Assembly (NCBI GenBank): GCA_039588295.1
Contig: JBDHAB010000009.1
Location: 1-64,000, forward strand
DNA from: Gemmatimonadota bacterium
GTDB lineage: Bacteria; Gemmatimonadota; Gemmatimonadetes; Gemmatimonadales; GWC2-71-9
Direction of reading: 5' to 3'
Length of the DNA stretch: 64,000 nucleotides
A program made the position numbers and the translations under genes. Numbering within the stretch: position 1 is the stretch's first letter; the number at the start of each line of letters is the position of its first letter. The notes under the pieces were generated by a model. That model did no database searches, was not told where the DNA came from, and saw only the letters and a list, made by a program, of their open reading frames with translations. Shown in pieces: positions 27,198 through 36,820 of the stretch.

Positions 27198-29447
27198 CTA
27201 CCAGGGGTAGGTCGGCGGCTCCAGGTGCTCGATAAGGAAGTCGATTCGCTTCTGGGACGCGTGCCGTCCCGCAGCCCCGCGAAGCCCGTGGCGATTCCCG
27301 GGATAGAGCATGAGGTCGAACTGGCGCCCCGCCTCGACGAGCGCGTCGATGAGCTGCGTCGTGTTGCCGGGGTGGACGTTGTTGTCCACCGCCCCGTGCA
27401 TGATGAGGAGCTTGCCCTTCAGGTTCTTGGCGTAGGGGATTGCCGAGCCGAGGTCATACCCCTCCTCGTTCTCCTGCGGCGTGCGCATGTAGCGCTCGGT
27501 GTAGATCGTGTCGTAGTTGCGCCAATCGGTGACCGGAGCATGGGCCACGCCCACGTGAAACAGCTCGGGCTCCTTGACGAGCGCCATCACGGTCATGTAG
27601 CCACCGTACGATCCCCCGTAGATGCCCACGCTGGTGGCGTCGGCGTAGGGCCGCTCGACGATCTGCTTCAACGCAGCGGCCTGATCGGCCAGATCCACCT
27701 GTCCGAGCTTGAGGTACGTCTCCATTTCGAACGCCTTGCCGCGGTTGCGCTCACCGCGGTTGTCCACTCTCCACACCATGAATCCGAGCTGCGCCAGACG
27801 CTGGTCCCCGCTGTTGTGGTAGTACCGGTTGCTGATCGCTTTCGAGTGTGGGCCACCGTAGACGGGTACGACCACCGGGTAGGCGATGGTCGAATCGTAG
27901 TCGGCGGGCTTATAGAGCATTCCGTGCAGATCAGTGACGCCATCCGCGGCCTTGACGACCACCAGCTCCGGTGGCTCGAGGCCCAGAGAATCCAGCTTGG
28001 CCGTGTTGGTGGTCATGAGATTCCGGATGAGCGTGCCGTCGGCGTGATGCAGATTGGCCGTGAGTGGTGTGGTGAACGAGGAATAGGAGTCGACGTAGTA
28101 CTGGCCCGCCGGGTCCATGCTGATACGGTGGGACCCAGGTTCGGTGGTGAGCTTTTCCAAACCCGAGCCATCGAGCCGTACCCGGAAGAAGTGGGTCTCG
28201 AGCCCCATCTCCGTGTTCCCCGTGAAGTACACCCACTCCTCGTTGTCGTCGACACCGACCACGCTGCCGACGGGCCACTCACCGCTCGTCAACTGCGCAA
28301 GCTGGTTGCCCTGGAGGTCGTACAGATACAGATGGCGCCAGCCGGTCCGCTCGGAGGTCCACAGAAACCGTTGTCCGTCTTCCAGCAGTCTGAAGTCGTC
28401 ATGGAGGTTGACGAAGGCAGGCTCCTGCTCCGTCAGAACGGTCCGGACCCCTCCGGTGCGCACATCGGCGGCGAGGAGCTCGAGCACGCTCTGGTGACGG
28501 TTGAGGCGTCGGAGCAGGATCTCGTTGCCCCGCGGCAGCCACATGGGCCGCACGATGTAGTTGTCGGGCGTGCTGTTCGTCTGGACTTCGACCGTCTCGC
28601 CGGTCTCGATATCGACGATCTTGAGTACCACCGTAGGGTTGGGTTCGCCGGCCTTCGGATAGCTCTGCAATTCCAGTTGAGCTTCGGCCAGCGTGTCGTG
28701 CACGATGGGGTATTTGTGGACGGCGCTCTCGTCGGACCGGTAGTAGGCAAGCTTTCGGCCGTCCGACGAGAACCAGTAGGCGTCCCGCTGGCCGAACTCT
28801 TCGGGATAGACCCAGTTGGGCCGACCGTTGAACGTGTCCAGGTTGCCGTCGAACGTGAGCCGCTGCTCTCCGCCCGTCGTGGTGTTGGTGACGTAGAGAT
28901 CGTATCCCTTCACGTGGGCGAACCGCGCATAGTCCGGTGAGTAGCTTCCGTTCCACAGCTGGCTGCCGGCCATGCCACGCATCAAGTCCTCCGAATAGGG
29001 TTGAGGCTCGATCTTGGGACGCCGCAGTTGGCGCAGTCGATGCGCAGCGAAATCGAAGAGGAAGTACCGATCACCCGCCTCGAACGTCATGGCGCCGCCG
29101 TCGTGCACGAACGCGAACTGGCGAAACGGCAGGCCCGTTGCATTCTCACCCGTGATATTGGCGTACTGCCCGGCGATCGCCCCCGTGGTAGCCGCGTCGA
29201 AGAGGGGAGATTCCTCCTCGGTCACAGGGTCCACCCGATAGAACTGCCTGGCACCCGCCGTATCGGCGCGGCTCGTAAAGTAGCCCCGTCCTCCGGGCAA
29301 CCACCGGATCTGCGAAGAGCCGTTGGTGGAGGTTAGACCCCGCCACTGATCATAGAGCTCCTTACCGCGCAGCTGCGCCTGGGCATCCCGGGTGAGGCCC
29401 ACGGACAGCAGACTGAGGGCCAGCATGGTTGTGCCTATCCGCTTCAT
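27198..29447 (-). CDS. Dipeptidyl peptidase IV family (S9B) serine peptidase
   Basis: WVYPEE, YPKAG, GGSYGG, DNNVH, H near C-terminus; signal peptide. Confidence 0.92.
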   Translation of the reverse strand: MKRIGTTMLALSLLSVGLTRDAQAQLRGKELYDQWRGLTSTNGSSQIRWLPGGRGYFTSRADTAGARQFYRVDPVTEEESPLFDAATTGAIAGQYANITGENATGLPFRQFAFVHDGGAMTFEAGDRYFLFDFAAHRLRQLRRPKIEPQPYSEDLMRGMAGSQLWNGSYSPDYARFAHVKGYDLYVTNTTTGGEQRLTFDGNLDTFNGRPNWVYPEEFGQRDAYWFSSDGRKLAYYRSDESAVHKYPIVHDTLAEAQLELQSYPKAGEPNPTVVLKIVDIETGETVEVQTNSTPDNYIVRPMWLPRGNEILLRRLNRHQSVLELLAADVRTGGVRTVLTEQEPAFVNLHDDFRLLEDGQRFLWTSERTGWRHLYLYDLQGNQLAQLTSGEWPVGSVVGVDDNEEWVYFTGNTEMGLETHFFRVRLDGSGLEKLTTEPGSHRISMDPAGQYYVDSYSSFTTPLTANLHHADGTLIRNLMTTNTAKLDSLGLEPPELVVVKAADGVTDLHGMLYKPADYDSTIAYPVVVPVYGGPHSKAISNRYYHNSGDQRLAQLGFMVWRVDNRGERNRGKAFEMETYLKLGQVDLADQAAALKQIVERPYADATSVGIYGGSYGGYMTVMALVKEPELFHVGVAHAPVTDWRNYDTIYTERYMRTPQENEEGYDLGSAIPYAKNLKGKLLIMHGAVDNNVHPGNTTQLIDALVEAGRQFDLMLYPGNRHGLRGAAGRHASQKRIDFLIEHLEPPTYPW

Positions 29448-29645
29448 CGATCGCTCCAGCTTGGCTGAGAAGGTACAGCATGATATCGCAGCGATACTGT
29501 CATCGGTAGGTGGAGCGATCCTGAGGAGGTCAGCTCCGGGCGCCACGCAGCAGTCAGGGGGTCCAGGTGGCTCAGATCCGGCGCTCGACTATCTTCCGTG
29601 TCGCACTGATGCCCGAATGTCCGACACGCGAACCAGGGATGACCC

Positions 29646-30062
29646 TTGACCGACCGAGAGCCCGACCGTAGCGCGCCCACGCGTTTCGCCCATTCGCATC
29701 TGCTCGATGCCGTCCCCGATGCCATCGTGATCGTCGATGCTAACGGGCGAGTCGCTCGAGTGAACGCGCGTGCAGAGGGATTGTTCGGGTACTCGCGGGA
29801 CGAGCTCATCGGCGAGCCGGTGGAACTGCTGCTCCCAGAACGGATTCGCGCGCAGCATGTCGGTGATCGGGAGGGATACGGCCGCAATCCGCACGTCCGA
29901 CCGATGGGTGCAGACCTCGACCTCCGTGCCCGACACAAAGACGGTCACGAGTTTCGCGTCGAGATCAGCCTGTCCCCGTACCAAACGCAGGAGGGGCCGC
30001 AAGTCGTGTGCTCGATCCGCGACGTCCCTGCCCGCCACCGTGGTCCCGTGGAGCCCGAGTAG
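29646..30062 (+). CDS. Stand-alone PAS domain protein (possibly a truncated sensor)
   Basis: PDAIVIVD..G....VN..AE.LFGYS.DELIG, ARHKDGHEF.VEISLSP. Confidence 0.8.
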   Translation: MTDREPDRSAPTRFAHSHLLDAVPDAIVIVDANGRVARVNARAEGLFGYSRDELIGEPVELLLPERIRAQHVGDREGYGRNPHVRPMGADLDLRARHKDGHEFRVEISLSPYQTQEGPQVVCSIRDVPARHRGPVEPE

Positions 30063-30082
30063 CGCCCCGCGGTGCGAAGCGA

Positions 30083-30622
30083 CTACGGCGCCACCGCCAC
30101 CGCGCCGAGTCGCCGCTCGACCACAGGCCGAACCCCCGTCATCCCGGCTAGTTCCGCAAGCCTGAGTGCTTCGTCGGCCTCCACACCCCGGTGCTCTGCC
30201 AGCCACACGCCCCACAGCCCGGATACACGATTGCCCGAACCGCAATGCAGCAGCGTCGGCCCTTGGTGTTGCTCCATCACGTCGGCGAGACCGGCGACCT
30301 GTTCGTCGGTGATCGCCGAGACCGGACTCTCCATGGGGATGCTCACAAACGTCATGCCGAGGCCCTCCACGGCCGCCCGCTCATCCCACTCGACCTCCTG
30401 CACCCCTCTCGTGGAGACGATTGTCTGGTATCCCTGCGCGGCGAGGTATTCCAGTGCCGCCTGGGAAGGCTGCCCGCCGATCAGCACATCGCCCACCTGC
30501 GCGCAGTTTCGCATCCCCTCGACCTGGCAAGGAACGGGATCGGCCACGACGGTGTCACTTGCCCGCTCCGAGCAGGCAAGCAATGGAACAAGGGCGAGCA
30601 GGACCAGAAATCGTTTGGGCAT
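30083..30622 (-). CDS. DUF442/BLH-like sulfurtransferase (PTP-like fold) lipoprotein
   Basis: GGQP and LLHCGSGNR; lipobox LLAC. Confidence 0.8.
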   Translation of the reverse strand: MPKRFLVLLALVPLLACSERASDTVVADPVPCQVEGMRNCAQVGDVLIGGQPSQAALEYLAAQGYQTIVSTRGVQEVEWDERAAVEGLGMTFVSIPMESPVSAITDEQVAGLADVMEQHQGPTLLHCGSGNRVSGLWGVWLAEHRGVEADEALRLAELAGMTGVRPVVERRLGAVAVAP

Positions 30623-30707
30623 CTCATCGACCTCGAGCGTCTGGGTTCGGTCACCAGGCAAGATCGCGACCCGATTGGCCGGCAGCCTCGTGACCGAGGC
30701 CCCTCGT

Positions 30708-31187
30708 TCAGCTGGATCCTGCGGACGGCGTCGATTGGTGCGCGTGCAACAGCTTCCAGCCCCCGTTCCGGCGGACGAACACCTCCGTCCACGCAACGGG
30801 GCCACTGGAGACCGTATCCCCCTCCATCCCGATCACGGTCACCACGCCGCCGAGGGTGAGGGCCACGGCGTCCGGCGAGAGAACGGAAACCTCCGCCGGA
30901 TGCCATTCGACCGTCTGGCGGCCCATCTGTCCGTAGGATTGACGCAGCAGTTGGGAGAGTGAGGCATACCCGACCACCCGTCCATCCATTACGAGCCCGA
31001 CATCGGGGGCGAAGAAGCTGAGCACCGCCTCCGCGTCGACCGCCTCGGCGGCGGCGACCAGGTCGATCTGTACCTGAAGGATCGTGTCAACGAGCGCTAG
31101 GCGCTGATCCTCGGTGAGATCAACGCTTGTTGGCTGGCACGCCGCCAGCAGCACCAGCGCGAAGCCTACGAGTCCGATTCGTCGCAT
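30708..31187 (-). CDS. NTF2/SnoaL-like (DUF4440) lipoprotein
   Basis: Lipobox LAAC; C-terminal VFVRRNGGWKLLHAHQS. Confidence 0.8.
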   Translation of the reverse strand: MRRIGLVGFALVLLAACQPTSVDLTEDQRLALVDTILQVQIDLVAAAEAVDAEAVLSFFAPDVGLVMDGRVVGYASLSQLLRQSYGQMGRQTVEWHPAEVSVLSPDAVALTLGGVVTVIGMEGDTVSSGPVAWTEVFVRRNGGWKLLHAHQSTPSAGSS

Positions 31188-31352
31188 TGGGTTCCCCGAT
31201 CCGGTTCACGAGCCTGGCCAATCTAGCCCCCGCCGTGCCCGGCTGGAAGAGCGTAGGTCACCCTCCGGCATTGACAACGAGAACGGCATCCCCACTGTTT
31301 GAGGCGGCAGCATCGAGTACCCACTTTGCGCACATGAGCGGATAGGCGGCCG

Positions 31353-31922
31353 ATGAAGCTTCCGGAGACCAGAGTTCGATACCCGAGTTGGGTTGCCTCG
31401 GACATCGATTGGGAACAGCGTTACCCGACCGTCGAGGGTCGCATGCGGTTGGCGATCCAGCTGTCGCGGGAGAACGTGCTGCGGGACACCGGTGGTCCCT
31501 TCGGCGCGGCCATCTTCGAGCACGAAACCGGACGGCTGGTTTCTGTTGGGGTCAATCTCGTGGTCGCCAACGCCAACTCGACGCTCCATGCAGAGATGGT
31601 GGCGTTCATGATGGCCGAAGCGCGCCTGGGCCACTATTCACTTGGCTCGGTGGAGCTTCCGGCCCACGATCTTGTGACATCGTGTGACCCGTGCGCCATG
31701 TGCCTGGGTGCGATCTTGTGGGCAGGCGTCAAGCGGGTCGTGACCGGTGCGGGACATATGGATGCCAAGCGACTCGGCTTCGACGAGGGACCGGTGTTTC
31801 CGGAGTCGTACGAGTACCTCGAGTCCAAGGGCATCGAAGTCGTGCGCGGTGTCCTCCGCCAACAGGCGGCAGAGGTGCTGGATTTCTATCGGGAACGGGG
31901 CGGGCCGATTTACAACGGGTAA
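31353..31922 (+). CDS. Nucleoside/nucleobase deaminase (guanine deaminase-like, CDA fold)
   Basis: GGPFGA, HAE, SCDPCAMC, GFDEG. Confidence 0.88.
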   Translation: MKLPETRVRYPSWVASDIDWEQRYPTVEGRMRLAIQLSRENVLRDTGGPFGAAIFEHETGRLVSVGVNLVVANANSTLHAEMVAFMMAEARLGHYSLGSVELPAHDLVTSCDPCAMCLGAILWAGVKRVVTGAGHMDAKRLGFDEGPVFPESYEYLESKGIEVVRGVLRQQAAEVLDFYRERGGPIYNG

Positions 31923-31987
31923 GAATGAGAGACCCCTCCTCGCCCAATCTCTGCCACCAGGACGACTGAACCGAACGCGCCAGGCCG

Positions 31988-34651
31988 ATGCCCGAAGTCT
32001 CATTCACGCTGAACGGCCGCGCCATCACGGTGAGCTACGAGGAAGGAATGCACTTCCTCGAAGTTCTTCGTGACCGATGCGGCGTCACCTCCCCCAAGGA
32101 CGGGTGTGCACCGCAGGGCTACTGCGGTTGCTGCACCATCCTCGTGAATGGACGTCCGGTGCTGGCCTGTCTTCGCAAGCCGGAGCAGATGGCAGGGAAG
32201 GACGTCACGACGCTCGAGGGACTCTCGGAGGCGAAACGGTGGGTACTGTCCGATGCCTTTGTGCACGAAGGCGCCATTCAGTGCGGCTACTGCATCCCCG
32301 GCATCGTTGCGCGAGCGTCGGCGCTGCTCGACGACGGGCGGGCCTGCGATGCGGTCGAGGTTCGGAAAGCACTCAGCGGCCACCTGTGTCGCTGTACTGG
32401 CTACGCCCGCATCGTCGACGCCGTGCAAACGGCGGGTGAGGCTTGGAGCGGCGGTAGGGGTGCCGACACCGCGGAGCCACGGAGACCACATTTCTTTGGA
32501 GAACAATTCGGCGCGAAGCGATCGTCGGAACTCGGCAATCTCGCGGGGATCGGAAGGTCGCTGGTGCGGTACCGCGGGGTCGACCATGCGATGGGCGACA
32601 AGGCGTATGTCGCCGATATGCAGGTGGACGGGATGCTACACGGCGCGGTCGTACTGAGTGAACATCCTCGGGCCACGGTGACGAGCATCGAGGTGAGCGC
32701 CGCGCTTCAGCTGCCAGGGGTCGTACGCGTCATCACAGCCGAAGACGTGCCCGGTGCCCGCATGGTTGGACTCATCGTCCACGACTGGCCCGTCTTCGTG
32801 GCGATCGGCGAGACAACCCGTTGCGTGGGCGATGTGCTCGCCCTCGTGGTCGCCGACACGCAGTTCCACGCGCGCCGCGCCGCGGGGGCCGTACAAGTCG
32901 GCTACGATGTGCTCGAACCTGTCACGGATCCCGTCACGGCCCTCGAGCCGGACGCCCCGGCAATTCACGAAGCCGGCAATCTGCTCGAGACATCGGCTTT
33001 TCAACGCGGTGACGTGGCAGCCGCACTGGCGGCGTCGGTACATGTTGTCGAGCAGACCTTCGCGACGCAGCGTGTCGAGCACGCGTTTCTCGAACCGGAA
33101 GCATGCCTCGCTGTCCCCGACGAGGACCACCTCAAGGTCTACTCGCAGGGGCAGGGCGTGCATGACGACCAGGAGCAGATTGCGGCGATTCTCGGAGTCG
33201 AACGTGGCACCATCGAAGTCGAGTTGGTCGCGAACGGCGGTGCCTTTGGAGGGAAGGAGGACCTATCGGTCCAGGGCCACACGGCGCTCGCCGCACGACT
33301 CCTCGGCCGCCCGGTTAAGACGGTTCTCACGCGGGAGGAGTCGATCAGGATTCACCCGAAACGGCATCCCATTACCCTCCATTACACCGTGGGCGCTGAT
33401 GCGGAGGGGCACCTCACAGCGGTCCGGGCGCGCATGCTCGGCGACACGGGCGCCTATGCCTCCGTCGGCATGAAGGTGCTGGAGCGGGCAGCCGGTCACT
33501 CGTGCGGGCCCTATCGTGTCCCCAACGTCGACATCGAGGCCAAGACCGTCTACACCAACAATCCCCCCTGTGGGGCGATGCGTGGCTTCGGAGCGAACCA
33601 GGCAGCGTTCGCCATCGAGGGCATGATGGACCTCATCGCGGAGCGCGTGGGGGTAGACGGGTACGACATCAGAGAACGGAATATCCTGGCGCCCGGTGAC
33701 CGATTCGCCACTGGGCAAGTCATGACGCGGAGCTGTGGAATTCGACAGACGCTCGAGGCCGTCAAGCATGTTTATAAGAAGGCGAAGTACGTCGGCATCG
33801 CATGCGGCATCAAGAATACCGGTATCGGCAACGGGCAGGAGGACAACGGACGCGTCGTCATTCAGATACTGAACGACGGTGAGATCGAGATTCGGACGGG
33901 GTATACCGACATGGGACAGGGGCTGTTCACCGTCCTGCGTCAGGTTGTGAGCGAGGAAACCGGACTCGACACCGCGATTATGCGGGTCCGCACGGTGAGC
34001 TACGACGACGTGGTGTGCGGAATGACCACCGCGTCGCGGGCGACGGCGCTCGGAACAGCGGCTGGGCAGATCGCCGCTCAGAAACTGGCGGCGGATCTAA
34101 AGTCACGTTCGCTCGCACAGCTGGTCGGGCAAGAGTACATTGGCGAATACATTTGTGACTTCACGACCAAGCCCGGCGTTGAGGCCGTGGATCCCAAGAC
34201 GCACCTCACGTTTGGCTACGCGACTCAGGTCGTGATGCTCGATGACGACGGACTGATACAGCGTGTCGTTGCCGCACACGACGTGGGGCGGGCGATCAAC
34301 CCGCTGCAGTGCACCGGCCAGATCGAGGGATCCGTGCACATGGGTCTGGGCTATGCGCTGTCGGAGGACCTCCCGTGCTGTGCGGGACGTCCGGATTCCT
34401 TGTTGCTTCGCGATCTGGGGATCGTGAAGGCCAAGGACACTCCTGAGATCGATGTCATCCTGGTGGAAGTTCCCGATGAGATCGGTGGCTATGGTTCCAA
34501 GGGCGTGGGGGAGATCGGTCTCGTGCCGACCGCCGGTGCCGTTGCGGCCGCTCTCCACTCGTATGACGGTGTTCGGCGGTTCCGCCTGCCGATGAGCGAC
34601 GCGCCGGCTGCCGTCGCGTCGGTGCCCAAGAGCCGGCGGCGGCCCGCGTGA
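31988..34651 (+). CDS. xdh: Molybdenum hydroxylase with fused 2Fe-2S and Mo domains (selenium-dependent xanthine dehydrogenase-like)
   Basis: KDGCAPQGYCGCC, QCGYCIPG, LCRCTGY, GGAFGGKE, MRGFG, KGVGEIG. Confidence 0.88.
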   Translation: MPEVSFTLNGRAITVSYEEGMHFLEVLRDRCGVTSPKDGCAPQGYCGCCTILVNGRPVLACLRKPEQMAGKDVTTLEGLSEAKRWVLSDAFVHEGAIQCGYCIPGIVARASALLDDGRACDAVEVRKALSGHLCRCTGYARIVDAVQTAGEAWSGGRGADTAEPRRPHFFGEQFGAKRSSELGNLAGIGRSLVRYRGVDHAMGDKAYVADMQVDGMLHGAVVLSEHPRATVTSIEVSAALQLPGVVRVITAEDVPGARMVGLIVHDWPVFVAIGETTRCVGDVLALVVADTQFHARRAAGAVQVGYDVLEPVTDPVTALEPDAPAIHEAGNLLETSAFQRGDVAAALAASVHVVEQTFATQRVEHAFLEPEACLAVPDEDHLKVYSQGQGVHDDQEQIAAILGVERGTIEVELVANGGAFGGKEDLSVQGHTALAARLLGRPVKTVLTREESIRIHPKRHPITLHYTVGADAEGHLTAVRARMLGDTGAYASVGMKVLERAAGHSCGPYRVPNVDIEAKTVYTNNPPCGAMRGFGANQAAFAIEGMMDLIAERVGVDGYDIRERNILAPGDRFATGQVMTRSCGIRQTLEAVKHVYKKAKYVGIACGIKNTGIGNGQEDNGRVVIQILNDGEIEIRTGYTDMGQGLFTVLRQVVSEETGLDTAIMRVRTVSYDDVVCGMTTASRATALGTAAGQIAAQKLAADLKSRSLAQLVGQEYIGEYICDFTTKPGVEAVDPKTHLTFGYATQVVMLDDDGLIQRVVAAHDVGRAINPLQCTGQIEGSVHMGLGYALSEDLPCCAGRPDSLLLRDLGIVKAKDTPEIDVILVEVPDEIGGYGSKGVGEIGLVPTAGAVAAALHSYDGVRRFRLPMSDAPAAVASVPKSRRRPA

Positions 34652-34696
34652 CGGGTCACGGCCGCGCACTGTGGTAGGCTCACGGGAGGTGGCGCC

Positions 34697-36820
34697 ATAG
34701 CCGAGTTGGTCCCGATCCCGTTCGCCGATCTGGTGCGTCGCATGCGCCGAGAGGTCGAGGTACGCCAGACCATCTTCGATCTGCCAGTTCGCAAGTGGTT
34801 CCATCCGGATCCCGATCTCGATTTCAGCGCCACCCACTTCGATCGCCGAGCGGCGACACCGGTTGGTCCGGCGGCTGGACCGCACACCCAACTCGCCCAG
34901 AACATCGTGCTCGCCTGGCTCGCCGGCAGCCGTATCATCGAACTCAAGACGGTGCAGGTGAACGATCGTCTCGCAATACCTCGCCCGTGCATCCACGTCC
35001 CGAACGTCGGGTTCAACGTGGAGTGGTCGCAGGAACTGCGGGTGGGGCAATCGGCCATGGAGTACGCGAAGGCAGCGTACCTGATCGCGGTCCTCAAGGC
35101 GACTCACGCGTTCGGCGGGTTTGAGGATGGTGGAGAGGCGGATTTCGACACGGTCTTCGACATCAGTGTCGGATACGATCTCGAGGGCATTCGCTCGGAA
35201 CCGGTTTCAGGGTTTCTCGACGCGCTGCGACACCCCGAGCCGTTGTTCGACGAGCTGCGCGAGCAACTGCCGAGCGACCTCGCCCAATTCCGCGACGTGT
35301 CACTCCCGAGCCCGATCTCGGACTGTGTTACGCTCTCCACCTTCCACGGCTGCCCTGCGGATCAGATTCAAGCGATTGCGGAACATCTGCTGGAGGACCG
35401 AGGGCTCCACACCATCATCAAGCTCAACCCCACGCTCTTGGGCTTCGATGCCGTGCGAGACCTGCTGTACGATCGACTCGGATACCTCCACCTGGAGTTA
35501 CAGCGGGAGGCGTTCGAAAACGATCTGGCTTATGAGGACGGTCTCACCATTCTGCGAAACCTCCGCGTGCTGGCCGACCGGCGCGGTTCGATGATCGGCG
35601 CCAAGTTCACCAACACCTTGGTGGTGGCAAACAAGAGCGAGTTCTTCCCGACCCAGTCGGATCCGTACATGTACCTGTCGGGGCCGCCGCTCCATGTGAT
35701 CTCCATGAATCTCATGCAACGGTTCCGAGAAGACCTCGGCTTCGAGTTCCCGGTTTCGTTCTCCGCGGGGGTCGATGCGAAGAACTTCTCCGAGACCGTT
35801 GCGTGCGGTATGGTGCCGGTGACCACCTGCACCGACCTGCTTCGGCAAGGTGGCTACGGGAGACTGCCGGCATACCTGCGATCGCTGGCGCGCGCGATGC
35901 GTCGAGTTGGCGTCACGACTCGGGAGGCGTTCGTGCTGGCCGCCCACGGCCACGGAGCTGCTGCGGCAAAGACCGCGTTCGCAGCCGCCCCCGATGACGG
36001 CGCCATCTGGGAGCGGGAAGGGAGGGGAATTGGTGACACCGCCAAGCGGCAGCCCAATGAGCTTCCCCGACTGCTGAGGGAGCGTGCCGCGACGGCGGGA
36101 ATCGACGGTGACGAGCTTGTGCTTGCGGCCACCCGGGTCGCTGGCCGTCTGAACGGGCAGGCAATCGTGCCCGACTTGGCCAATGATCCGCGCTACGGTG
36201 TGAACGCGAACGCCAAAACGCCGCGTCGGGTCGACGGCACGCTGGGGCTCTACGACTGCATCAACTGCGACCTGTGCATTGCGGCCTGCCCCAACGACGC
36301 AATCTTCGCCTATGAGGTGGAACCGCTCGACGTGCCTACCGAGCGATTCGCCGGGTCCGGAGCCAACCTCGAGCGAACCATTGGCCAGGGCTTCGCCATT
36401 CAGGAGCGTCATCAGCTGGCCGTGGTGGAGGGAGGATGCAACGAGTGCTCGAACTGCGAGGTCTACTGTCCGGAGGACGGGGCACCCTTCGTGGTCAAGG
36501 AGCGCGTGTTCTTTACGGTCGTCGATTTTGAGCGCTGTCATCACCTGGATGGGTTCTGTCGTGACGGCGATGTGCTCCACGCCCGCCTCGGCGGGACAGC
36601 AATGCAACTGCTACCAAGCGCAAACGAGGGTCGTGCGACGCTGACGGGTCCCGGGTTCCGGTTCGACGTGTCGTGGCCGGGACTCGGAGTCACATCCGGC
36701 GAGATTACCGACTCGGGCCGGACGTTTGACACGGCGCTTCTCTACCGCATGCGCATGGCGTGGCAGTCCATCTTTGCGTCGCGCGCGCCCAACGCGGTGA
36801 ATCCGGCGGGGCATCCATGA
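34697..36820 (+). CDS. ygfK: YgfK-like flavoprotein (DHODH-like barrel plus C-terminal 4Fe-4S), shortened form
   Basis: GPAAGPHTQLAQNI, ELKTVQ, RPCI, NVEWSQEL, TLSTFHGCP, KLNPTLLG, CNECSNC. Confidence 0.8.
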   Translation: MAELVPIPFADLVRRMRREVEVRQTIFDLPVRKWFHPDPDLDFSATHFDRRAATPVGPAAGPHTQLAQNIVLAWLAGSRIIELKTVQVNDRLAIPRPCIHVPNVGFNVEWSQELRVGQSAMEYAKAAYLIAVLKATHAFGGFEDGGEADFDTVFDISVGYDLEGIRSEPVSGFLDALRHPEPLFDELREQLPSDLAQFRDVSLPSPISDCVTLSTFHGCPADQIQAIAEHLLEDRGLHTIIKLNPTLLGFDAVRDLLYDRLGYLHLELQREAFENDLAYEDGLTILRNLRVLADRRGSMIGAKFTNTLVVANKSEFFPTQSDPYMYLSGPPLHVISMNLMQRFREDLGFEFPVSFSAGVDAKNFSETVACGMVPVTTCTDLLRQGGYGRLPAYLRSLARAMRRVGVTTREAFVLAAHGHGAAAAKTAFAAAPDDGAIWEREGRGIGDTAKRQPNELPRLLRERAATAGIDGDELVLAATRVAGRLNGQAIVPDLANDPRYGVNANAKTPRRVDGTLGLYDCINCDLCIAACPNDAIFAYEVEPLDVPTERFAGSGANLERTIGQGFAIQERHQLAVVEGGCNECSNCEVYCPEDGAPFVVKERVFFTVVDFERCHHLDGFCRDGDVLHARLGGTAMQLLPSANEGRATLTGPGFRFDVSWPGLGVTSGEITDSGRTFDTALLYRMRMAWQSIFASRAPNAVNPAGHP

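Noticed and set aside
27225..28940. Long 571-aa plus-strand ORF and similar long antisense ORFs (e.g. 40572-42044, 49261-50535, 5833-6897)
   Set aside because: Shadow frames opposite well-supported genes, expected in GC-rich DNA; no motifs
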